Positions 26,086 through 36,296 are shown, counted from the stretch's first letter. The stretch is 64,000 bases of DNA from Gemmatimonadota bacterium (GCA_009841115.1 VXML01000109.1:38911-102910); one strand, 5' to 3'. A program made the numbers and translations. The notes: generated by a model from the letters alone, not told the origin.

Positions 26086-28005
26086 ATGGCTAAAGTCATC
26101 GGCATTGACTTAGGTACCACCAACTCGTGCGTGGCCGTCATCGAAGGCCAAGACGCGGAAGTCATCGCCAATTCCGAAGGGGGCCGCACCACGCCCTCCA
26201 TGGTCGCCTTCACCAAAGACGGTGAGCGCCTCGTCGGCCAAACCGCCAAGCGCCAAGCCGTCACCAACCCGCAAAACACGGTCTATTCGATCAAGCGCTT
26301 CATGGGCCGCCGCTACGGCGAAGTGTCCAACGAGATAAGCGAAGTTCCCTACGAAGTGGCCTCAAGCGGCCGCGACATGGCCGTGGCTAAAATCGACGGT
26401 AAGGAACACACGCCGCCGGAAATCTCGGCCATGATCTTGCAAAAGATGAAGCAGACAGCCGAAGACTATCTGGGCGAAGAAGTAAAACAAGCCGTCGTCA
26501 CCGTCCCGGCCTACTTCAACGACTCCCAACGCCAAGCCACCAAGGACGCGGGCACCATCGCCGGCCTGGAGGTTTTGCGCATCGTCAACGAGCCAACCGC
26601 TGCGGCACTGGCCTACGGCTTGGACAAAGGCGGCACCAACGAGCAGATCGCCGTGTACGACCTCGGCGGCGGCACCTTTGACATTTCCATCTTGGAACTA
26701 GGCGACGGCGTTTTCGAGGTCAAATCCACCAACGGCGACACCCACCTCGGCGGCGACGACTTCGACCAGAAGATCATCGACTGGCTCGCCGAGGATTTTG
26801 AAAAGACCGAAGGCATCGACCTACGCCGCGATCCCATGGCCCTGCAGCGGCTCAAGGAAGCGGCTGAAAAAGCCAAAATCGAGCTGTCTTCCGCCACTGC
26901 GACCGAGATCAACCTGCCGTTTATCACCGCTGATCAAACGGGTCCGAAGCACTTGCAAACTAGCCTGTCCCGCGCCCAGTTTGAGCGCTTGGTTGACGAC
27001 CTAATCGAGCGCACCAAGGCCCCCTGTCAGCAGGCTCTCGCCGATGCCGAGCTACAGCCCAGCGAAATCGACCAAGTGATTCTGGTCGGCGGCTCGACGC
27101 GCATCCCCAAAATCCAAGAGACCATCCAAGCCATCTTCAACAAAGAGCCGAACCGCAGCGTCAATCCCGACGAGGTCGTGGCCTTGGGCGCGGCCATCCA
27201 AGCTGGCGTGCTGGCTGGCGATGTCGACGACATCCTGCTGCTCGACGTCACACCGCTTTCGCTGGGTATCGAGACCATGGGCGGAGTGATGACGCGGCTG
27301 ATCGACCGCAACACCACCATCCCCACCAAGAAGAGTCAGATCTTTTCCACGGCCTCGGACAACCAGCCTTCAGTGGAAGTCCACGTGCTGCAAGGCGAGC
27401 GCGAGTTCGCCAACGACAACCGCACCCTCGGCCGCTTCCACCTAGACGGCATTCCCCCGGCCCCGCGCGGCATGCCTCAGGTCGAGGTGACCTTTGACAT
27501 CGACGCCAACGGCATCCTCAATGTCGCGGCCAAGGACAAGGGCACCAACAAGGAGCAATCCATCCGCATTGAGTCGTCCTCGGGCCTGAGCCAAGAGGAA
27601 ATCGACACCATGCAGAAGGACGCCGAAGCCCACGCCGATGAGGACAAACAGCGCCGCGAGGCCGTCGATCGCCGCAATGAGGCCGACCAGCTAATCTACG
27701 CAACGGAAAAATCGCTGGCCGACTACGGCGACAAGCTAACCGACGCCGACAAGAAAGGCGTTGAGGACGCAGTCGCCGCGCTCAAGCAAGCGCTCGAAGG
27801 CACGGACGACGAGGCCATCGCGCAGGCCATGACCGCGCTGCAACAGGCGTCGCACAAGCTAGCCGAGGAAATGTATAAGGACGCCCAAGCCCAACAGGCC
27901 CAAGGCGAGCCAGCGCCGGAAGGTGCCGCCGATCAGCCGCAAGGGGGCGGGGATTCAGAGCCGGTGGACGCGGACTTCAAGGTTGTGGACGAGGATAAGA
28001 AGTAG
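26086..28005 (+). CDS. dnaK: Molecular chaperone DnaK (Hsp70)
   Basis: [18 protein letters not shown]..., [23 protein letters not shown] lies upstream of the ATG at 26086; the track start at 26071 is a TTG extension. Confidence 0.95.
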   Translation: MAKVIGIDLGTTNSCVAVIEGQDAEVIANSEGGRTTPSMVAFTKDGERLVGQTAKRQAVTNPQNTVYSIKRFMGRRYGEVSNEISEVPYEVASSGRDMAVAKIDGKEHTPPEISAMILQKMKQTAEDYLGEEVKQAVVTVPAYFNDSQRQATKDAGTIAGLEVLRIVNEPTAAALAYGLDKGGTNEQIAVYDLGGGTFDISILELGDGVFEVKSTNGDTHLGGDDFDQKIIDWLAEDFEKTEGIDLRRDPMALQRLKEAAEKAKIELSSATATEINLPFITADQTGPKHLQTSLSRAQFERLVDDLIERTKAPCQQALADAELQPSEIDQVILVGGSTRIPKIQETIQAIFNKEPNRSVNPDEVVALGAAIQAGVLAGDVDDILLLDVTPLSLGIETMGGVMTRLIDRNTTIPTKKSQIFSTASDNQPSVEVHVLQGEREFANDNRTLGRFHLDGIPPAPRGMPQVEVTFDIDANGILNVAAKDKGTNKEQSIRIESSSGLSQEEIDTMQKDAEAHADEDKQRREAVDRRNEADQLIYATEKSLADYGDKLTDADKKGVEDAVAALKQALEGTDDEAIAQAMTALQQASHKLAEEMYKDAQAQQAQGEPAPEGAADQPQGGGDSEPVDADFKVVDEDKK

Positions 28006-28016
28006 GCTTCCCTACC

Positions 28017-30920
28017 GTGCGCCTATTGGCATTTCTTTTTGGGTTCGGTATCCCCGCGGCGGCTTTTGCCCAACTCACCATTACAGGGGCGGTCACCGAT
28101 GAACGCGGCGAGCCGCTGCCGGGTGCCAGCATTGGCGTCGTGGGCACCACCATCGGCACCACCGCCGATGCCGACGGCCAGTTCGCCCTCGTCCTGCCGT
28201 TGCCAGCGGCGGAAGTCCTGCTCGAAGCGCGGTTTGTGGGGTACCAATCCGCGCAACGCGCCATCCGCCAAAACGACGGCCTGACGACCGTTGTTTTTCA
28301 GCTTGCCGTAGATGCCTTGCAATTGGACGAAATCGTCGTCACCGGTCTTTCCGCTGCCACCAGCAGAAAGCAACTAGGCCATGCCATTTCCACTGTCAGC
28401 GCCCGACAGTTGACAACGGCCGGCACCTCGGCCCTCGACAAAGCCCTGACCGGCAAATTGGCCGGTGCGCTCGTGCAGCAAAATTCGGGCAATCCAGCCG
28501 GCGGTGCGACCGTCCGCTTGCGCGGTACTAGTACCGTGTTGGGCGACGCCGATCCGCTCTATATGGTGGACGGCGTCGTTGTCAACAACAGCTCGCCCGA
28601 ACTCATCCGCCTCGGCGGCGGGGCGCAAAACCGCCTCGGCGATCTTAACCCCAACGATGTAGAGCGCGTGGAGGTCGTCAAAGGCGCGGCGGCCGCCGCC
28701 CTGTACGGCTCGCGCGCCAACAATGGCGTCGTGCAGATCTTTACCAAGCGCGGCTCATTGGGCAAGCCGCAGCTCACCTACACTTCTCGTTTTTCAACCG
28801 CCCAAGTGCGCAAAACGCTTGCGGTCAACAAGGCACCTGTTGACAACAACGGCGACAAAAATCCCGACGGCTCGGACGTGCAGCGCTTCGATCACCAAGA
28901 TTTCATTTTTCGCCGCGCCGCTGGCACCGAGCACTACGTCTCGGTATTGGGCGGGGCCGGCCGCACCCGCTACTTTGCCTCGGGATCGTACCTAGCAGAC
29001 CAAGGCGTGGTTGCCAATAGTTCGTTTCGGCGCATGGGAGGGCGCACGCGCATCGATCAAGAATTGTCGCCTTGGGCCACGTTGTCCGTGGGCGGCCATT
29101 TCTCATTTAGCAACAGCAACGACGTTCCCAACGGCGGATTAAACTCAAACTACGGGGCATTGACGGGTTTTATTTTTGGCCCCAATACCTACGACCCCAC
29201 GCCCGATCCCACGACCGGCGCGTACCCCAACCAAGGCGTTCTCGCCAACCCATTAGAGGTCATCGACCGCTATGATTTTACGCAAGAAGTCTCGCGCTAT
29301 ATAGGCTATGCCCAACTCAATCTCGCCCCGCTATCTCGCTTGAGCATCGACTATACGTTGGGGCTTGACACCTACGATCAAACGGCCCTTGCATTTATCC
29401 CGGCTAGAACCTCCGCGCCGGGCTTGGCAAACGGCTTTGCACGCCGCGCCACCTTCGACTTTCTCCAACTCAACAACGACATCCACGTCCGCTACCAGCA
29501 GGACATAGCACCCAACGTGCAATCGACCCTGCTAGTCGGCGGAACCCTGCAATACGAAAAGGGGGCAACCTTTAGCGCGGAGGGCAAGGACCTAAGTCCA
29601 GTCGCCCAAACCGTGTCGAGCGGGGCGACCGTCGTGGCCAGCGAATTCAGGAGCGAGAAGGCCCTGTACGGCGGCTTTGTGCAGCAAACTGTGGCGTTTT
29701 CCGATCAACTGTTTCTCACCGGCGCGGCCCGCGTCGATGCCTCTTCGGTCTATGGCAAGGACCAGCGCTGGCAATTTTATCCAAAGGCCGGCGCGGCCTA
29801 TCTCATTTCAAAAGCCAGCTTCTGGCAAAACAGCGCCCTAGACGACGTGTTTGCAGACTTCAAGCTACGCGCTTCCATCGGCACATCTGGCGGTCAAACC
29901 GCCATTGGTCCGTTTGACCGCTTTACCAATTACAATGCTTCCTCGTACAATGGCCGCCCCGGCCTAGTTCCCAGCACCCAACTCGGCGGGACGATCAAAC
30001 CCGAGCGCCAGCGAGAAATCGAAGTCGGCGCGGATGTTGGTTTTTGGTCCAATCGCCTCGGCGTGGAACTCACGTATTACGATCAACATATCGACGATTT
30101 ATTGTTGATGCGCACGTTGTCCCCCTCCACCGGCCATGCGCGGGTTTTGCAAAATGTCGGCATCATGAGCAACAAGGGGTGGGAGTTGCTCGTGCGCATT
30201 ATTCCTCTAATGCGTTCCCATCTCCGCTGGGAATCGACCTTGACGTATGCGACCAACAAAAACCGCGTCGATGGTATCGAAGGCGGGCGTTTGATCCTGC
30301 CCAATTCGTTTTCGCAAGTCTCGGCCATCAACGGCAACCCCCTCGGCGTGTTCTTTAGCACGGCCTTCGCCCGCGATGCCAACGGCCACATCGCCCTCGA
30401 CGAAGACGGCCTGCCCATGCGAGCGGCTGAGCGCAAAATCATCGGCGACCCCAACCCGGATTTTACCGCTTCTTGGATCAATGAGTTCGCCGTGGGGCGG
30501 CGCTGGTCGGTGCGCGCCCAATTGGACGCGGTCGTAGGGGGCGATGTGTTTAACTTTACCCGGCGCTTGGCCGCCCTAAGTTCATTTGGCGTGTTGACAG
30601 ACTACGAACGCGAATTAAACGGCGAACTACCAGCCGGCTACAATGCGCGCGTCTTCCGCATTTTTGAACACTGGATCGAAGACGGCTCCTTTGTAAAACT
30701 GCGCGAGTTATCTGCGTCGTATCGCTGGCAGCCTGCGTTTTTGGGCACCAGCAGCGTTCAGTTGAGCTTAGTGGGACGCAATTTGTTTTCCCTCGACAAC
30801 TACAGCGGCTACGATCCAGAAACCAATGTCGCAGGCCAGCGCACGGCCGTGCGCGGCTTTGACTTTGTCGAAGTGCCCATTCCGCGCAGTTTCTCCATGC
30901 GCCTCAGCCTGCACTACTGA
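28017..30920 (+). CDS. susC: SusC/RagA-family TonB-dependent outer-membrane receptor
   Basis: N-terminal carboxypeptidase-regulatory-like ITGAVTDERGEPLPGASIGVVGTTIGTTADADGQFAL, a plug region (LRGTSTV..., PLYMVDGV) and a large barrel ending in an aromatic residue. GTG start 11 nt after the dnaK stop. Confidence 0.85.
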   Translation: MRLLAFLFGFGIPAAAFAQLTITGAVTDERGEPLPGASIGVVGTTIGTTADADGQFALVLPLPAAEVLLEARFVGYQSAQRAIRQNDGLTTVVFQLAVDALQLDEIVVTGLSAATSRKQLGHAISTVSARQLTTAGTSALDKALTGKLAGALVQQNSGNPAGGATVRLRGTSTVLGDADPLYMVDGVVVNNSSPELIRLGGGAQNRLGDLNPNDVERVEVVKGAAAAALYGSRANNGVVQIFTKRGSLGKPQLTYTSRFSTAQVRKTLAVNKAPVDNNGDKNPDGSDVQRFDHQDFIFRRAAGTEHYVSVLGGAGRTRYFASGSYLADQGVVANSSFRRMGGRTRIDQELSPWATLSVGGHFSFSNSNDVPNGGLNSNYGALTGFIFGPNTYDPTPDPTTGAYPNQGVLANPLEVIDRYDFTQEVSRYIGYAQLNLAPLSRLSIDYTLGLDTYDQTALAFIPARTSAPGLANGFARRATFDFLQLNNDIHVRYQQDIAPNVQSTLLVGGTLQYEKGATFSAEGKDLSPVAQTVSSGATVVASEFRSEKALYGGFVQQTVAFSDQLFLTGAARVDASSVYGKDQRWQFYPKAGAAYLISKASFWQNSALDDVFADFKLRASIGTSGGQTAIGPFDRFTNYNASSYNGRPGLVPSTQLGGTIKPERQREIEVGADVGFWSNRLGVELTYYDQHIDDLLLMRTLSPSTGHARVLQNVGIMSNKGWELLVRIIPLMRSHLRWESTLTYATNKNRVDGIEGGRLILPNSFSQVSAINGNPLGVFFSTAFARDANGHIALDEDGLPMRAAERKIIGDPNPDFTASWINEFAVGRRWSVRAQLDAVVGGDVFNFTRRLAALSSFGVLTDYERELNGELPAGYNARVFRIFEHWIEDGSFVKLRELSASYRWQPAFLGTSSVQLSLVGRNLFSLDNYSGYDPETNVAGQRTAVRGFDFVEVPIPRSFSMRLSLHY

Positions 30921-30942
30921 GCAACCGAGGACAAGCAAGGCG

Positions 30943-32241
30943 ATGAAAGCGACTTTTTGCGGGCTATTTATAGTAGGTGGGCTGCTTTGGGGCTGCGATT
31001 TGAACGTCGCCAATCCCAACCAAGCGTTCGAAGAGCAGGTGTTGACCACCAGCGACGGCATCAAAGCGCTGGCCATTGGTATGCAGCGCAGCTACGCCAG
31101 CAACAACGTCGATGCGTACGTGCGCCATCCGGCCATCACCAGCCGCGAGCTGGCGGCTAATACGACATTTTCCAATCTCCTAGAACTGGAAGACGGACTC
31201 GCGGCGCTGTCGGGTTCCAACAGCGCCATCGGCAGCATTTGGTCCCGCTCCTACCGCGTCATGGGCATGGCCAACGACTTGATCGCCAACGCACCCGAGG
31301 TGCCGCTGGCCGCGGGCACGCGCAGCGGCATAATGGCACTGGCGCATTTGTACAAAGCAAAGTGCTTGGGATTCGTCGCGCAGGCTTTTGCCCACGCGCC
31401 CATAGACGTGCAGGCCGATGGGCAAGCGCCGTTTAGGCCGCGTGAAGAGCTTTTCGCCGCAGCCATTGGCTCGTTGGACCGCGCCCTCGAAACCGCCACT
31501 TCCACGCCGCCATCCGACGAATTCAATGCGGACATATTGGGCGAGGGTTTTGATCTGATCAACACCATACGCGCCTATCGAGCGCGCTACCACTTATTTA
31601 CCGGAAATTATCAAGCGGCGCTCGACGCCGCCGATGCCGTCGATCCAGCAGCGACCTCGGTCTATATGTACGACGCAGAAAACGAGAATCCCCTGTACGC
31701 GCAGGTCGTCGTGGCGGACGACTACGCCCCGCGCGACCACTTTGGCCTGAGCAGCACCGAAAGCGGCGATGCGCGGCTGGCCTTTTACACCGCGCCGAGT
31801 GAGCGGACGAGCAACCCCAACGACTTTCCCATTGAGGATTTGGCTGGCTTTTGGCACTCGGCCACGTCGCCTATTCCGGCCTATCTGCCCGGGGAAATGG
31901 CCCTGACGCGCGCCGAGGCCCACGCCATGTTGGGCAACATCGACGCGGCCATCGCTGAAATCGACGCGGTGCGCACCAAAACGCCGGCCGATGATCCCTA
32001 TGGCGTGGGGGCTGCGCTGCCGCCGTACAGCGGCCTGCAATCACTTGAAGCGGTGTTGAACGAAATTTTTCGCCAGCGGCGAGCCGAGCTTTTTCTGCAC
32101 GGCACCGGCTGGGAAGACAGCCGACGCTTGGGGCAACCTGGCCCGTCGGCCGATATGTTTGAACGCAATCGAGATTTCTATCCCTACGCCGACCAAGAGC
32201 GCTTGAACAACTCCAACACCCCGGCCGACCCGGCGCAATAA
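30943..32241 (+). CDS. susD: SusD/RagB-family nutrient-binding lipoprotein
   Basis: Immediately downstream of susC. The ATG at 30943 gives MKATFCGLFIVGGLLWGC (lipobox). The helical, TPR-like composition is typical of SusD. The track start at 30826 overlaps susC. Confidence 0.75.
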   Translation: MKATFCGLFIVGGLLWGCDLNVANPNQAFEEQVLTTSDGIKALAIGMQRSYASNNVDAYVRHPAITSRELAANTTFSNLLELEDGLAALSGSNSAIGSIWSRSYRVMGMANDLIANAPEVPLAAGTRSGIMALAHLYKAKCLGFVAQAFAHAPIDVQADGQAPFRPREELFAAAIGSLDRALETATSTPPSDEFNADILGEGFDLINTIRAYRARYHLFTGNYQAALDAADAVDPAATSVYMYDAENENPLYAQVVVADDYAPRDHFGLSSTESGDARLAFYTAPSERTSNPNDFPIEDLAGFWHSATSPIPAYLPGEMALTRAEAHAMLGNIDAAIAEIDAVRTKTPADDPYGVGAALPPYSGLQSLEAVLNEIFRQRRAELFLHGTGWEDSRRLGQPGPSADMFERNRDFYPYADQERLNNSNTPADPAQ

Positions 32242-32270
32242 AAAGATCAGAGATCAAACCAGAAATCTCT

Positions 32271-32477
32271 CTACGGAAGGACAGCGCGGAGTTGCAAACA
32301 GTGGCGATAGTCATTGGCCCAATCGACGAATACTGCATCGTCGGATAGTTGTCCCCGACTGTACTGGTCAAAAAACTCTTCCGAATCCATCTTCTGCTGA
32401 TTTTCGTAGGTACTCAACCGCTTGGTCACGGCAATGAGCGCGTCAATGGGCGAAGTATATTGGATGGTCAGGATCAT
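32271..32477 (-). CDS. Small hypothetical protein (antitoxin-like size), last gene of the defence block
   Basis: 68-aa ORF MILTIQYTSPIDALIAVTKRLSTYENQQKMDSEEFFDQY..., starting 17 bp after the preceding gene on the same strand. No motif recognised. Confidence 0.5.
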   Translation of the reverse strand: MILTIQYTSPIDALIAVTKRLSTYENQQKMDSEEFFDQYSRGQLSDDAVFVDWANDYRHCLQLRAVLP

Positions 32478-32494
32478 CGTTCCTCCTACTGGCG

Positions 32495-32797
32495 TTATTT
32501 GAGCAATCCCGCAGCAAATTTCTTACCGCTATCTACCGACATACGAGCACCGCCGGACATGTGTTCACTGCTGTGCAGGATGCCGATATGCCCTTGGAGG
32601 AAGTCCGCCAGTGTTCCTTGCGCCTCTAACGGTCCCATCTGCTGCTCGTGCTGAACATAGTGCTTGAGCCACAGTTGGAATTGCTCGTTCAGCGTAGTGT
32701 GCTCTTTCGCGGCGCGTTGATTCGCCGCTTCGATCAGATGCTCGTCGGCACTCAGCGTTATGTTTTTTATTTTTCCAGCTTTCTCTGACTGATTCAT
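32495..32797 (-). CDS. Putative ribbon-helix-helix-like antitoxin/regulator
   Basis: 100 aa. N-terminal KIKNITLSADEHLIEAANQRAAKEHTTLNEQFQLWLK looks like a CopG/RHH segment. It overlaps the upstream small gene by 4 nt. Confidence 0.5.
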   Translation of the reverse strand: MNQSEKAGKIKNITLSADEHLIEAANQRAAKEHTTLNEQFQLWLKHYVQHEQQMGPLEAQGTLADFLQGHIGILHSSEHMSGGARMSVDSGKKFAAGLLK

Positions 32798-32997
32798 CCG
32801 GTCTTTCTATCTGCGTTGGACGCTCGTACGTCTTCGGCTAGAGCCACTCTACGGGCCGGGTAGCGTACGTACTTCAGACCCGACTCGGCCTGTTGTTCTC
32901 GGAGTTTTCGGAAAATCTCCTTAATGTCGTAGCCGCACTGAGCGGCGAGTTCGTCTCGTATTGAACGAACTTCAGCTACAATAGGGTCATTTTTCAT
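32794..32997 (-). CDS. Small conserved protein (DPIVxEVRxxRD family), copy 2
   Basis: 67 aa, MKNDPIVAEVRSIRDELAAQCGYDIKEIFRKLREQQ... It is a paralog of the unlisted 36467-36640 gene and overlaps the PIN gene by 11 nt. Confidence 0.65.
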   Translation of the reverse strand: MKNDPIVAEVRSIRDELAAQCGYDIKEIFRKLREQQAESGLKYVRYPARRVALAEDVRASNADRKTG

Positions 32998-33475
32998 CGT
33001 CGATGTTCTCCATCAATTCTTCAGGGGTGCAGATTACGGGAGACTCGAAACCAGCCTGCCGACAGACAGACTCGATCTGCGGCCTTGTCACCGCGTTGGC
33101 GATGTGCCGGAAGTTCCAAGTAACAAGGTACTCGATACCGTTGGCTGCTGCGATAGCGATATGCGCGGCATCTCGCATTGCGGCCTCGGGTACGGCGCTG
33201 GCACTGACCAGCCTTTCGGCTAATTCTTGCGCTTCCGCGGTAGCGTCGAGTAGTGCAAGTGAAGCGAGCAGGGTGAGCCGGGCGCGGACCGCATCAGGGT
33301 CGCCTGCACCAGCCTCTTCGCGGACCAATTCGGAGATGACCAACTCGAATCTTTCCGATGCGGTAGCCCACCAGTCGCGGGTACTCTGCTGATGTCCAGC
33401 AATAACTACGTCACGCGCCGGGCGAGCAGTCAGGTAGCTGATGACCGTGGTTTCGATGTATACACGTGGTTTCAT
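32987..33475 (-). CDS. PIN-domain protein (VapC-like toxin)
   Basis: MKPRVYIETTVISYLTARPARDVV...DAAHIAIAAANGIEYLVTWNFRHI has a PIN-like acidic residue pattern. Confidence 0.75.
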   Translation of the reverse strand: MKPRVYIETTVISYLTARPARDVVIAGHQQSTRDWWATASERFELVISELVREEAGAGDPDAVRARLTLLASLALLDATAEAQELAERLVSASAVPEAAMRDAAHIAIAAANGIEYLVTWNFRHIANAVTRPQIESVCRQAGFESPVICTPEELMENIDDEK

Positions 33476-33490
33476 CAGGTTTCTGCTCTC

Positions 33491-36274
33491 TCACACCCGA
33501 AACACCTTCATCACCTCGTCCCCCAAGTGATTGATCACCTTCACCGCTATCCTACCTGACGTCGGCTTGGCAAAGGGTCGAGAGGTGTCGCTGTGGAGGG
33601 TTTCCCAGGCTTCTTGGTTGATCTCGGCTTTGAGCGTCGTCCTCAGCGATTTGTACGGGTCGCTAGCGCCGAGGAAGTAGGCGTGGCGGACGAAGAAGCT
33701 TTCCTCGTTGTAGTCGGTATCGACGAACCAGCAGGCGATGCCGTCGGCGCTGTCGCTGCGGATTTCGCCGGTGTTGGGGTGGAATACGTCCACGCCGTTG
33801 ACCTTGACTTGGATTTGGCTGTCTTCCGCGTCGAGGATGTCGATGTCCGGTTCGCCGAAGATGACGAAGAGGTTGCCTTTGCCGGTGTTTTTGAGGTCAT
33901 CGGCCATGTGGAGGTCGGCGTTCATGCGGGCCTTGAGGACGGGGACGCGGCCGAGTTTGTTGAACTCCGAGGCGTGGGCGTCGTAGTTGAAGGCGCAGGC
34001 GACCAGCACGTCGAAGTCGGCGTCCGCGGCCTCGCGCACCGCTGATACGAGATCGGGGCGGGAGACGGTGCCGAATTCCGGGCCGACGAAGATGCCTGCG
34101 CGTTTTTCAGCGCCCGAGTCGGCGTTGCCTTCGACGTAGGTTCCCTCGGCGCAGACGTGGTAGCCGGGCCAAGGTCTGATCCCGGAAAACGAGATGCGAT
34201 CGTCTTTGTGCGCCTGTTGGACGCCGGAGGTTTTGAGATTGTCGAGGATCATCTCGGCGAAGTCCTGCTTTTCGCCGTACCCTAACTTGGCTTCGGCGAC
34301 ATTGTCGATGAGTTCGTCGTTTTCATCGACGCCTAACAGGCGGTGCGGCGACAGACTTTCTACGGTGAAGGGGCCGGCGACGCGGACTTTTTTGTTGTCT
34401 TCGTAGGGCTTGTCGTAGAGGTATTCGTAGTCGGCCTTGGCGGCGATGGAAGCGTCGATTTCCTTTTGCCGGGCGATGCGCTGTTCCCACCAATCCGCGT
34501 GAATTCTTCTGACCTCCTCGGGCCAAGCGTCGTCGGCGTCGCGGGGGATTTCCCATTCCTCGTAGGATGTGCCGAGTGCGTCGTTTAATTCCGCCCGCAG
34601 CGGCTCCAGCGTTTCTTGGAATTTCTCATAGATTACGTCGATTTCGGCGTTGTTGGCGATGGACTTGAGGGTGATGTGGGGGACGCGCTCGTACACGAAG
34701 CCTTGGCGGATGTCGTTGTACGTGGGCGCTTCCGAGGGGACTTTACGGACCAGCTCAGCTTCTTTGATTTGGCCGTCGCGGCTGTCGGCGAGCAGGTAGT
34801 AGGGATAGCGCGCGCCCATGACGCGGGCGCGGGCGAGCGCGAGGGCGACGCGGGAGGTGTCGATGGTGATCCAGCGGCGACCCCACTGCTCGGCGACGTA
34901 CGCGGTGGTGCCGGAGCCGCAGGTGGGGTCGAGGACGAGGTCGCCGGGATCGGTGGTCATTAGGACGCAGCGTTGGATGACCTTTATAGTGGTTTGGACT
35001 ACATAGAATTTTTCATCGCCATATCCGCCTGTTCCTGTATCTGTCCAAATGTTTAGAAGTGGCATAACTGAGAAGTCGCTGAGAAACCTAACATGACTCA
35101 ACGACCTTCCAGTTCCCGTATATAGTCGGTCTGCTCGATTAAGTCGCTCAATGGATTCTGGGCTGGTTGACCAATAGCGGCTACCCGGAAGAAACTGCCG
35201 ACCTCGAAAATTAATAGCCTCTCTGCCTCTGCTATACTCGTGACTGGAAGTTAGATTATCTGGACGACACAATTCCTCAATTGTATAATCCGATTGATTT
35301 TTTATACGCTTGAAATGACCACCTGCTAATCGAATCCATTTGTATTGTTCCGAGCCAGGTTCACCAATGTCTTTTGAAAGATGGAGTTGTCTGAACTTGA
35401 TTGAGTCCTTGTTTCTGCAAAACCATATGATGTAATCAGAGACACTTGAAATTGCTAAATCAGTTTGGACAGCAGTCTTTTTTACAGTAATGATGGATAC
35501 AAAGTTCTCTGCCCCAAACACCTCGTCCATCAACGCCCGCACCCGATGCACATTCTCGTCCCCAATCTGCACAAAGACCGACCCGCTCTCCGCCAACAAA
35601 TCTCGCGCCACCGTCAGCCGATCCCGCAAATACGTCAAATACGAATGAATCCCATCCCGCCACGTATCCCGAAACGCCTTCACCTGCTCCGGCTCGCGGG
35701 TAATGTGCCCGGCGTTGCCGTCCTTGACGTCGCGGCTGGTCGTTGACCACTGAAAGTTGGAGTTGAACTTGATGCCGTAGGGCGGGTCGATGTAGATGCA
35801 CTGCACCTTGCCGCGCAGCCCCTCCCGCTCCGCCAGCGACGCCATCACCTGCAAGCTATCGCCTAAAATCATCCGATTCGACCAGTTGGCGTCGTGCTGG
35901 TAAAACTCCGTCTGCGCGTCCGCGCTCGGCAGCCCATTGAAATCCGCGAACAAATCCGTCTGCAAGTTAGCTTCGCCGTCCCCCGTCTCCTTGCTCCGCT
36001 GCCGCAAATCGTCAATCAACACCTTCGGATGCACCTTCTCCTGAATGAACAGCGGCGGCGCTTGCACCACCAAATCCGACCAGTTCTGCTCATCCTTCCC
36101 GCGCCAAACAAGCTGCGGATCGAGATCCCGATTGCGCCGCTCATACGCAACCTTAATCGGATTCCGGTCGTCCTCCGCCATCACCGCCTGATACTCAGCC
36201 GTGGGAATATTCTTCCGCGATGCGTCCTCGTGCCGCAGAGTTTCAACAGTCTTGGTCGATTTTCGTTTTGCCAT
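33491..36274 (-). CDS. mod: Type III-like restriction-modification DNA methyltransferase (beta-class N6-adenine/N4-cytosine type)
   Basis: Motif IV CIYIDPPYGIKF lies upstream of motif I DPTCGSGTTAYVAEQWGRRWITID. The ATG at 36274 (MAKRKSTK) is preferred over the track start at 36316, which would overlap the HicB-like gene. Confidence 0.85.
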   Translation of the reverse strand: MAKRKSTKTVETLRHEDASRKNIPTAEYQAVMAEDDRNPIKVAYERRNRDLDPQLVWRGKDEQNWSDLVVQAPPLFIQEKVHPKVLIDDLRQRSKETGDGEANLQTDLFADFNGLPSADAQTEFYQHDANWSNRMILGDSLQVMASLAEREGLRGKVQCIYIDPPYGIKFNSNFQWSTTSRDVKDGNAGHITREPEQVKAFRDTWRDGIHSYLTYLRDRLTVARDLLAESGSVFVQIGDENVHRVRALMDEVFGAENFVSIITVKKTAVQTDLAISSVSDYIIWFCRNKDSIKFRQLHLSKDIGEPGSEQYKWIRLAGGHFKRIKNQSDYTIEELCRPDNLTSSHEYSRGREAINFRGRQFLPGSRYWSTSPESIERLNRADRLYTGTGRSLSHVRFLSDFSVMPLLNIWTDTGTGGYGDEKFYVVQTTIKVIQRCVLMTTDPGDLVLDPTCGSGTTAYVAEQWGRRWITIDTSRVALALARARVMGARYPYYLLADSRDGQIKEAELVRKVPSEAPTYNDIRQGFVYERVPHITLKSIANNAEIDVIYEKFQETLEPLRAELNDALGTSYEEWEIPRDADDAWPEEVRRIHADWWEQRIARQKEIDASIAAKADYEYLYDKPYEDNKKVRVAGPFTVESLSPHRLLGVDENDELIDNVAEAKLGYGEKQDFAEMILDNLKTSGVQQAHKDDRISFSGIRPWPGYHVCAEGTYVEGNADSGAEKRAGIFVGPEFGTVSRPDLVSAVREAADADFDVLVACAFNYDAHASEFNKLGRVPVLKARMNADLHMADDLKNTGKGNLFVIFGEPDIDILDAEDSQIQVKVNGVDVFHPNTGEIRSDSADGIACWFVDTDYNEESFFVRHAYFLGASDPYKSLRTTLKAEINQEAWETLHSDTSRPFAKPTSGRIAVKVINHLGDEVMKVFRV

Positions 36275-36296
36275 TGATTGCAGTCTCTCTACTAGA

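Noticed and set aside
36100-36274. Phase-variable simple-sequence repeat at the 5' end of mod (phasevarion-type switch)
   Set aside because: Reading the first ~170 nt of mod and the res 5' end showed no homopolymer or tetra/pentanucleotide tract of meaningful length.
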